Position numbers and translations under genes: made by a program | Notes under the pieces: generated by a model | The model's database searches: none | What the model saw: the letters and a program-made list of their open reading frames with translations, nothing else | What the model was told of the DNA's origin: nothing | DNA from: Eledone cirrhosa | Taxonomy: Eukaryota | Length of the DNA: 64,000 bases | NCBI GenBank assembly: GCA_964016885.1 | Contig: OZ024747.1 | Span: forward strand, 89,900,001-89,964,000 | Reading direction: 5' to 3' | Part shown: positions 53,178-64,000 of the stretch, in pieces | How positions within the stretch are numbered: position 1 is the first letter of the stretch | Layout of the letters: each line of letters starts with the position of its first letter

Positions 53178-56100
53178 AATAAACGAAACTAAATTTTAAT
53201 CATTTGACTTTTATTTAACTTTATTTTACACTACTCCGGAGTAACCAAACCAACCTGCGCACTTCGTCGAGTGCTCCAGCCTGCATACTGAGGTGTTGGT
53301 ATACAACCAACATAAACTCAAAATCTATATGTATATATATATATATATGTATGTATGTACGTACGTAACTATGTATGTATGTTAGCTTCTGCACAGTTTC
53401 TATTTAAGAAGTTCCCCTCACAAAACCACCTGATATAATGGTCAACGATACATATCTAAAGTGCCCTACAGCAGAATAACTACTTTATTACATAACCATG
53501 TCTGTTGTTAATTAAATTTACATATTTTAGATGTAATATTTTCATCCAAAATTTTACTGTTAATTTATTCTTATGTTTAGAAAAGGGAGATTTGTTTGGT
53601 TATAAATCTTTTTGGAGTGAGAAATTTCTTCATAAAATGTGATATATTTTATTTAGTTCAGTGTTTTCTTTTCTCAAAATACTTTCAAAATTTATTCATA
53701 AATGTTGTGTAAGCTCAAAGATTTCTATAATACTTCAAAGTTTAATGTTTAAATCTTTATTTCTTTGTTTCAATCAATATATTTTATATTCTGACAGCAG
53801 TTTCCTGTATTGTTAATGCAAAAAGAAAACAAAAAAAACAGGATGAGGTTAAGGAGAAGAGAGCAGTTTATGTTGCTGCTTTAGACATGGCAATGAAGAG
53901 AAATAAAACAACTGACGAGTTTAGTATGGGTAATGTTCCATTTGAATTGTAGTTTCAAGTTGTTGAAATATATAACTAGTGTGACCTGCTGAAAGAGGTT
54001 CTATTTAAGAGACATTCGTCTAGCTGTATATTATCTCTTCTCTTCTCTTGTCTTAGTCTACCTTGCTATAAAACGATATACCTCTGTTCTTCATTCATTT
54101 CTTCATTTCTCTGTGCACATGCATACATACACAATTCATTACCATTATATGTGCATGTGTATATCCATATGTATACATTTATATGTATAAGTATACAAAT
54201 ATAAATGGGCAAACGCACATACACTAACACAAAACACACACACACATACACTCACACAAACGCACAGATACACTCACACAAGTAGAGCTGATTTTGGATC
54301 ATTCATCGCTATAGCGTTTCACCAGCCCCTTCTTTCCTCAATCGTTACACAGTTGTATTTGTATATAATAATTACTTTGTATAATATGTCTATTTATGAA
54401 TATGTATGAGTAGATGTGTGTCTGTGTGAGTGTGTGTGTTTGCACTCCTGTTGTCTGTATATCTGTTTATGTATTTATGTGCTGGAAGGAGTGTGTGGGG
54501 ACTTTGACCTCCCACAACACTCTCGGGAATAAGTGGGCGAAGAAGAAGAAGAAGATTTTACACTAAAAAACAACAACATAGATTGAATGCATATTTTTTC
54601 AACTATAAATATAAAGATTGTCTAACTTACATTTATAATGAGAAGTTTTCCTGGATCAGAGACCGGGATAACATTATATGGGTAAGTTATATTGTGGATA
54701 ATCTCTTTCCCATGTGGGTTTCCTTCAAACAGTTATAAAAGTTATGAGACATTAAAAAAAAGAAAAAAAACTAGAAGAAAGGAAAATTTGTTTTGAAGGT
54801 AAATAAAAAAGGACATGTTTCCATTAATTAAAGAAGCCGTGATATGACGGTTGTCATTGTTATTTGTCTATGATCTTCTTTTGACTTGCATTGTCATTGA
54901 GGTTAATTTGATCAAGCAGACTTATGATCAAATGGCTTCCATCCATGATGATTACTTTGTGAAGTTTAATCCACCATATCTGGCCAGAATTCTCTCATGT
55001 CTTTCTGTTCAAACCGACTGTAACTGGTAACTCATACTAATGTTAAAGTATTGTTCTCAAAATAAGTAATATCAACATCTAATATATTCAATATTATGTG
55101 AGGTACAGCCTTTACCACAAACATACAATAGTATATATATATAGAGTAATGTAAATGCTAAAGGGTTAAAGTGAAATTTAACTCCTGTACTGCATGAAAA
55201 CACATTAGCAAGACATTCTTGAAAAGTACTAAACAGCACTATGACTGCATACATAAGATTAAATATATTTTCTAACCTATTTATTGTGGGGGCAAAGTTC
55301 TCAAATATGTCTTCCAGAAGCAACTTTTTCCAAACAAGCTCAACCAAGTTCATGGATGTCAGGGTTGTAGTCTCTCCGGGTCTCCTGTTGGTTATTTTTG
55401 TCTGTAAAATATGTCCAGCAATTCTTCCCCTAGACATTCTAACCACATGTCTGTAATATAAGAACTGTGATCTCTCAATTCTTTATTTCTTAAAATAGAA
55501 TGTTGGGGTTTGACTGCTATTACTAGCATTTGTCCAACCACAGACAAGTCTCTTCCTTCACTGTTATATCTGGTTGAGTCTGTTACTGAAGAGAAATCAC
55601 CAGTCTATCTTTTCCAATTTTAATTCATTAAACAATAATATGACTTCATCTTAAAGGTATATATGTTATATGTTTTAATAACAAACATTATTTACAACAA
55701 ATCTCTTTTACTGTTTTCTATTTACTCTTATTGTGAGTGTAAAGACTTCATTGCTTTCTAAATCAGGTTTAAATTATTATCTCCCATTTTATAAATCCTG
55801 ATTTTTAAAAACTTTATCTTTGCAAACTTCATCGCCTTTTTTAATTATAACATCAAAACTTGTCTTTTTATCAGTCCATCTGAATTTTGGTTGCATTTCT
55901 TTTCATGAAGAATTAAGAATTGCTAGTTTTTTGGACAGATATTTTCCTGTCTTTTAATATATTGATATGAATTTGACATATGGCAAGATGAAACAAACCA
56001 CAGAACAGATAACAGTATTTGCAGAGTTAGGCTGCTTATTCTTAAAACACTACGAAGCTGTTGATTATTACTACTGAGAGCTGTTTTAGTGTTTCCTGTT

Positions 56101-59100
56101 AATTAGTATTAAAATAACTGCTCAAAGTTTTTCTTTATTTTTATTCTTTGATTCAAATATTTTATCATACATCAGCAATTTTTATTTTTTCTTCAAAAAA
56201 TTCTTTTTTTAATTTCAATTTCATTGAATATGATAGAAATATTCTCATTATATTTTAATGTATGAATTTACAAAATAATAAAATGAATAAATATTTTTTA
56301 AAATCCATAGTTTTGCAAGAGAATGAATTTCTCCACTTATTCATAAGAGTAAAAAGTCAAGCATATGTCAATTAAAGAAGATTTATTCCTTTTCTGCTTT
56401 TCATATGTAAATTGACCCAAAATAAATCTTCTGGAATTCTCTTGCTACTCTCAGTATAATTCATAACTTGATGTAAGGATATAAAATGAAAGAGAGACAC
56501 AGAATAGTTATATATAAAATGTTTGATATAACAAAATAGTAGAAAATTAATAGTTTACATCTCTGTTCATAACTCTATAGATATTTCTTGTACAATAAAT
56601 TTCTCTAAATTTCTAGAGTGTATAGCTTGAAGATCAGAGAGTCACTCCAGGTAGAGCAGCTACTTCTCCAAATTGAGAGATCACAGCTCCAATACTATGG
56701 ACATGTGGTTAGAATGTCTCAGGAAAGAATCACTGCACAGATTTTAGAGGCAAAACCAACTGGCAGGAGACTCTGGAGTAGACACTCAGAAAAAGTGTTT
56801 GGATAACATCCATGAGCTTGGTTGGTCATGTTTGGGGATCCAACCAGATCAGTTGGAGACGGTTGCTTCTGACAGGGACCACTGGCAGGAATGTTTGAGG
56901 ACTCTTCCTTCATGACCCTCTCAGGAATAAGTGGGCGAAGAAGAAGATATCTGTGTGAGGCCAAATAGTTAAGAAGTTCTCTTCATAGTTCTTAGATCCC
57001 ATATTCAAATGTAATACCGAGCCTGTTGAGAAAGTTTCATTTACAATAGCCTTGGGTTGACCTACGTCTTATGAGTGATATTGGGTAGATGGAAATGTTT
57101 ATAATCCAATCAGATAGATTGTGCCTGTAATTGGAAAGGCCAGCCTTTTTACACTGTGTCATGCTGAATCTTCCTGAGAATTATGTTGAGGGTACAAGTG
57201 TCTGTTGAATGCTTAGCCACTTACATGTTAGTTATAGAGAGAAATAGTTCAATTGACAAAATTCCAAACCTCATTCACTTATCGAGTGGGATGGAAATCA
57301 TCAAATCTATCAGTCACAGGCTATTCCATTGATTAAACATGTGGAACATTCTACATCAAAACCAACATAGGTCCTTTCTATGTATATATGTATATGTATA
57401 TACACGTCTGTATATAGGTAAATCTGTGTATATAAATGTCTGCAGTGTATATATTTGTTGCATCAATAGGAACAAAATTGAAAAAGAAAATACTTCAGAA
57501 TTGATGGCTTATTTCAACATTACAAACAATTGGTTTAGTTTGTAGAATATGTCTTTCTATTGTTCTGTCTGTTTAGAAAAATTGTTATGTCAACAATTAG
57601 ATTGTACCATTTAAATAAACTTCAATCAATTCCTTGATCACATGCGAGGGTATTGAAAAGATGAACAGTACAGTTGACATTGGAGAGATTTGAACTCAGT
57701 GTGCAGCTAACCAGACTAAATGTTATATGTATATATATTTATATATGTATGGTCCTGTAACTCCCGATAGAGTTGTGGGGTTGCTGTATTAATATACAGC
57801 GTTTTGGGGGCATTTTCAGCCTGGCGAAGCCCATCCCTCTCCAGGCCTGAGTACAGAAGATTTCTTCCAGAGAAAGATAGAAAGTGAGAGGAAATGAGAA
57901 TGAGATATAGAGGAAGAATCGACCTTTGTACTTGACTGGTACTTTTTTTTATCGACCTCAAAAGGATGAAAGGTAAAGTTGACCTCGGCGAGATTGGAAC
58001 TCCGAGAGCAGAGAGCCGGAATAAATACCATAAACCATTCTATCTGAAGTTCTAATGACTCTGCCATTTCACTGCCATTAAAGATTATGTCTTTCTGAGT
58101 TCAAATCCTGTCGAGGTTAACTTTGCCTTTTATCCTTACGGGGTCGATAAAATAAAGTACCAGTAATGTACTGGGTAATTACTGGCTTTGTGCCAATAGT
58201 AGAAACAATTAAACATTATGTCTGATGTTGTAATGACAGTTTCTTACTTCCCTTAACATTAGTTTGTAGAATTATTCATTGCAACAACATCCTCAATAAG
58301 AATTGTTTCATATTTCTAATTTGCTTATTTTACAAGACTTATGTTCATAACAATCTGCTTCTTAGTTCTGTTAATGTATAAATAAATATGTTTCACTCTC
58401 TGTGTATGAATGTGTGTGTATGTGTGTATGTGTGTATGTGTGTGTATGGGAATTTGTGAATTTGAATGCCTTTATGTATAAATAAAATAGATACATATTT
58501 GTGTATATATATATGTGAGTGTGTGTGGGTGAGTGTATTTGTGTATGTGCAACTGTATGTGTGTGAGTGTGTATGTGCATGTGTATGTGTGTGTGTGTGT
58601 GTGTGTGATGTGAGTGTGTGTGTGCGTGTGTGTGTGTGAATGTGTATTTGTGTGTGTATGTGCACGTGTATGTGTGTGTGCAAGCTTGTGTGTATATGTG
58701 TGTGGTGTGAGTGTGTGTATGAGTATGTATGTATGTGTGCTTATCTGCATGAGTGTAGTTAGCAAGTTATTTTTTTCACAATGTATGTCATGTGAAATCG
58801 ACAAATTATTTGTTTTTCAATATTTGTTATTCTCTTTGCTATCACCAACTAGTAATCTAATATATATTTAAGATACGCATACTTGTGATATATGTTCAAT
58901 GAACAGTGTAAAATATTTAAATTACTAAACAAAACAGTAAATTCTGTGTAAATTCACTGGTTTGTTTTGGTGGAAAAGAGGATGAGGCGTTTTCTTGTTT
59001 GCTATGAATGAAGCTGTCAATCATAATAATGTTCATTTGAAGCTGTTGAAACAAAATTTGTCATGTTTCAATAACATTTCAATTTCCTCATTCACTTGGT

Positions 59101-59179
59101 ATTTTCAGTTTTCCTTGTTTATGAATTATATTCAATGTCTGCAAGAGAGAATTCTTCATTATGTTTGTAGATCTAGAAA

Positions 59180-59717
59180 TATAATTGTTTCTACTTTTTG
59201 GCACCAAGGCCAGCAATTATCCCAGTATATTACTCGTACTTTATTTTATCGACACCGTAAGGATGAAAGGCAAAGTTAACCTTGGCCGGATTTGAACTCA
59301 AACCATAAAGTATGGCGTCCGACCCTCTACCGATACTGCCAATCCACCGCTCTAGATCTATAAATATAATAGTTTCTACTTTTGGCACAAGGCCAGCAAT
59401 TATCCCAGTGCATTATCAGTACTTTATTTTATCGACCCCGTAAGGATGAAAGGCAAAGTTAACCTTGGCAGGATTTGAACTCAGAATTTGAACGCAGGAT
59501 TTGAACGCAGGATTTGAACTAGATCTAGAAATATAGTTGTTTCTACTTTTGGCACAAGGCCAGCAATTATCCAGTACATTACTGGTACTTTATTTTATCG
59601 ACCCCGTAAGGATGAAAGGCAAAGTTAACCTCGGCGGAATTTGAACTCAGAACATAAAGGGACGTAACTATGCTGGAAAGCATGTCCGACCCTCTACCGA
59701 TACTGCCAATTCACCGA
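59180..59717 (-). mobile_element. Three tandem S1 SINE copies
   Basis: Each preceded by TAGATCTA(G/T)AAATATA; units start at about 59180, 59365 and 59530. Confidence 0.8.
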
Positions 59718-60899
59718 GAAATATAATACAAAGCAAATATTAGTAACATTCAAACATTAATAGCCCCCACTCACCAACCAAACATCATAGCTCTTAAAGT
59801 CAAATTTATCCTTTGCCCACTGCCACTTAGGATCTTAAGGGACATTAGGACATTAGTGAGTGAAAATTAACTGTTTTGTTACCAAACAATCTGAAGATTC
59901 CCTAATTTGATGATACTAAGTTGTTTATTCATCTAAAAACCCTCTATCATAATTTTATGTAAGAACATTTGTTAAGTTATGTTCCAAACACCTGCTTAAT
60001 AATGACAAAGACATTAACAAATCCCTCCAAATTATTGATTATTTTCAAAATTATTTGAAAATCATAGGCATTGTCTTTCATTTGCAATATGGCCAAAACT
60101 GGCTCTGGTTCCATGAAATAAAACCACCCATTTTTAAGATCTCCAATTTAAATAAAAAATCTTCCAATATAATTTTATATGAGAACCTTACATTAAGTTA
60201 CTATCTAAGTAATGAAATAATTAATCATTTTAGTAAATCCTCAAAATTCTTCATTAAGTAATTAAAATAAAATCTATTTCATTAGAAACACAGTCATGAA
60301 AGGGTTAAAGATGAACTGGTTTTATTGTTACCACATTAAAATTTCCTATGTTATTTTATTGCTCAGTGCTGTGTGATCCAGTCTTCGTGGTAGTGTTTAT
60401 AGTTTAGAAAATGCTGAAGATGTGATATAGAGACAAGGAGGCAATAAACTGAAATGTCATTTTCATATTTTTTTATATTCTTTTATTGGTTTCTATCCTT
60501 AACCCTTTAGTTACCAACCCCGGCCAAAACCAGCTCTGGTTCTATGAAATAAAACCACCCATTTTATAGATTTCCAATTTAAATGAAAATCTTCCAACAT
60601 AATTATATATAAGAACCTTTCATTAGTTTACTATATTAGTAATGGAATAATTAATAATTTTAGTAAATCCCTCAAAATTCTTCATTAATTAATTGAAATA
60701 GTGTGTAGTTCATTAGAAATGCGTTCATGAAAGAGTCAAATTGTAGCTTTTGTGTAACATAACCTATAAGGTATTTTAGTTGATAATAGCAACATATTTG
60801 CATGTACACACACACACACACACTGGTAGATACATAGATATACAGACAGATGGGCAGATGGATTGGTGGGTGTACAGGCAGACAGACAGACAGACACGA

Positions 60900-61300
60900 A
60901 TACCAAATTGAAGATAGTGAGTTTGGCTTCTGGAAACCTTCTGAATACCGAATGTTGAAGCTGGTACACTACTGCATCAGCTTCTGCAATGTTTGCACTT
61001 AATTCAGCCTCCTGCCTTCCATTACTTATAAACATGGCCCTGAGATATTTGAACTTCTCCACCTGCTTCAGTAGAACTCCATTCACATGTAGGGTGCACT
61101 GCACAGACTTCCTTGAGAGAACAAGTGTCTCAGTTTTTGCAGCACTGATTTTTATTGCAGCCATGCAGCACTCAGCACCAAACATATCAAGTGCAAATCG
61201 GATATTACCTTCTGTCGAGTTAAGTAATTAATACCATGTCATCTGCAAATTCCAGCCAACTAATTTTACACTCACCAGTCATGATAACCACTTCCATCTC
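60900..61300 (-). mobile_element. RTE (Expander/Rex3-like) reverse transcriptase fragment
   Basis: FADD motif near 61240-61250 and FGAECCMAAIKISAAKTETLVLSRK...LKQVEKFKYL. Confidence 0.8.
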
Positions 61301-61796
61301 AATGGATAAAATCATACAGCCATTAACATAAATATAAAGATGTAACAACCAACATACCCCATCGCTGCCATATACAAACACACAAACTAAAACAAACTAT
61401 AAGGAGAATAGATAGAGAAGAAAAGAAGAATTGGAAGAAGAATGAGATTATGGAAAGAATAATGGTGTGTAGTAGAGAAAGAATGCAATGTAAAGAAAAC
61501 TTTATAAGAATGTTGGGGATATATAGATACATGAATGTATATGGATAGAGGCAGAGAAGAAAATACAAAAAACATGTAAATAGCATCAAACAGATAATTG
61601 TAAAAATATTTAAAATGTAAACATGAAGAAATACAAGATATCTAAAAAAAATAAAGGGATCTTCAAATCAAAGCAATTAACCTTTTTTTAAATAACAGTA
61701 AAAATATTTACTCAGTGTCTATAAAGCAAAGTCATGATAATCATGCAAGCCTAGAATGTCTTTAATCATAGGTTTGTTGGCTCAGGTAATACTTAA

Positions 61797-61975
61797 GGCA
61801 ACAATAACAACAACAGTAGCATCAACAGCAACAACAATAGCAGCAGCAGCAGAAACAACAACAACAACAACAGCAACATCAACAGCAGCAACAACAAAAA
61901 CAACTACAACAACAGCAGCAACAACAGCAACAACAACAAAAACAACTACAACAACAGCAGCAACAACAGCAACAA
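61797..61975. repeat. (ACA/GCA)n microsatellite
   Basis: Direct reading. Confidence 0.9.
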
Positions 61976-62030
61976 CTCAGAACTGATTTTGGCTTGATTT
62001 CTACAGCTGGATGCCCTTCCTAATGCAAAC

Positions 62031-62238
62031 CACGTACTTGAATATAAGCCAAGGAATACATGATCCAAAAATTGATAGTAAAGTGGGTGGGGCGTGGCTT
62101 ATATTCGTGGTCAATATTTTGATGATTTTCACCAACTCCAAATTCTATGAAAATAAGGTCTGAATTTTTACCCATTTCTCAAACATAACATAGTGGGGTC
62201 GGCTTTTATTCGTATCTGCCTATATTTAAGTATAAGTG
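62031..62238. mobile_element. Possible Tc1/mariner/pogo-type MITE
   Basis: CACGTACTTGAATATAAGCC is roughly mirrored by GCCTATATTTAAGTATAAGTG; internal GGCTTATATTCG repeats. Confidence 0.4.
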
Positions 62239-64000
62239 CATGTCATGTATAATTTTCGTTTCTACTATAGGCTCAAGGCCAACAATTTTTGGGCAGGGCA
62301 AAGTCGATTAAATCAACCTCAGTGCAAGACTGGTACTTTATTTATCAACTCTTTAAAAATGAAAGGCAAAGCTAACCTCAGCAGGATTTTAACCCAGAAC
62401 GTAAAGGTCCATAACTCTATGCCATAAAGCATGTTATCCGACACTCCTCTGATACTGTCAATCCATCATTGTCACTTATAATATGTTACTTTTGATTCTT
62501 CAAATCCATCATTGTCACTTATAATATGTTACTTTTGATTCTTCAAATCTAAAATTACTTTTACATTCAGGTTTAAAAAATATAAAGTAATTTTAAATCT
62601 TTATGTAGCACTCACCTGATATATTTTAGGGGTTCTCCCTTTTAAAAAGTTAATAATTGATAATTTTGTGTATATACCAATATTGATTTTTGTTAAAACA
62701 TGGTGATTAAATATATATTCCGGAAATATCAAAAAAAAAAAAAATGAGAGATGACAAAAACTGCAGCGAAATGCATTTATATCCAAGTTAGATCCTATCA
62801 GAGTTTTACTTCAAATTCCATTCTGAGCTTTGTTACTAAAAATATGTCAAAGATATTATTTTTTTTTAGATTATACAACTTATATTTCAAGTGTCCTTCA
62901 TGGTAAAAAGAAAAATTCCACTTACAGGGTATTTATGTACAAAATGCCATGCAGTAGGATTGAACCCAGAACTGTGTGGTTGCAAACTAAACTCCTTAAC
63001 CACACAACCATGCCTGTGGTAGTGTGGAAAAAAGGACATAAAACAGTGATAATGATGATGATGATGATATATATATATTGCTTTTGATAACAGCTGGTGA
63101 TATGCATGTAAGTAAATATTCTCCCTATCTGATATTTTGTAACTAACCTTACATAGATCGATAAAGAAGTATAGTTACGATGTATTATCATCACCTAGAA
63201 ACGATCGTAAAGCAGTGAAGTATATTTCTAATGACTTGATTTTTTATTTCATTGTTTTAACTTATATATATATATATATATATATATGTATACATGTTAC
63301 CGTATGAGCAAGACAAGGTCACCCAACCAGGCACTACCCACAACAGGACAACCCGTCCAACCCATGCTAGCATGGAAGAATGGATGTAAAATGATGAGGA
63401 TGATGATTGATTGAACACATATCTCTATGTGTACTTCTCTCTATATGTTTATTTATATATATATATATAGCACAGACATGTATAAATATTTAAATATATA
63501 CATATATTTACACATTATATGTGTGTGAATGAAAGAGAGAGAGAAAGAGTTGGTGTGTGAATGTGTATGCATCTGTGTATGTGTATGTGCGTGCATGTCT
63601 GTATGTGTGTATTTATTGGAATGTATGTCCCCAGTTGGCAAATAAATATTTTGAGTAGTGTGTGTCAGGAGATATCAACAATAAAAAAAAATGTATATAT
63701 TTGTTATTCTATTTTCTATCTTCAGCATGTAATTTAAATATTTTAATGTGACAGATGATCTTGAGAAAATCAAACCATGTCATTGCATCATCTATTAAAT
63801 CCCATGATAAATACTGCTTATTTTACTAAGGTCTTTTACTCGCAGTATGTAATCAATATTTAGACACTAAGCCATAAAAAGATTTTCGTTTTTCTTATAT
63901 CATATATCAGAGGTGACCTTAACTCATTTATTACCATATTTATAATGAAAAATGCTGACTATGACATCCAAATAATTTTGAAAATAATCAAGGAATGTTT

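Larger units (their letters stand above)
52732..53326 (+). mobile_element. Non-autonomous Penelope-like element (family P-E): 227-bp inverted arms, 43-bp spacer, 98-bp tail, in (TA)n
   Basis: 52732-52958 is a near-perfect reverse complement of 53002-53228; hammerhead followed by AATAAA in each arm. Confidence 0.85.

Noticed and set aside
62460-62548. 43-bp direct duplication
   Set aside because: Ordinary local tandem duplication at a SINE edge

Overview
AT-rich, microsatellite-laden eukaryotic DNA, probably from an octopus or other coleoid cephalopod (inferred from the SINE/RTE/CR1 repertoire and (TA)n/(CA)n density). No host protein-coding gene could be supported; almost all ORFs in the track come from simple repeats or decayed LINEs. 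The window holds many tRNA-derived SINEs (three families), CR1 and RTE LINE fragments, piggyBac-like and hAT MITEs, a solo LTR and three minisatellites (29, 51, 58 bp). The main observation is a set of at least five unrelated, non-coding elements inserted in (TA)n tracts. They have Penelope-like (PLE) architecture (inverted 5' arm, pLTR, 3' tail) and carry minimal type I hammerhead ribozymes with palindromic stem III. The best example (25213-26150) is a young retrozyme-like element. Its two 317-bp direct repeats each carry a hammerhead with a compensatory U3-A8 core, and the two cleavage sites are exactly 595 nt apart, predicting a 595-nt monomer or circular RNA. Ribozyme folds were read by eye and none was tested; edges of decayed repeats are approximate.
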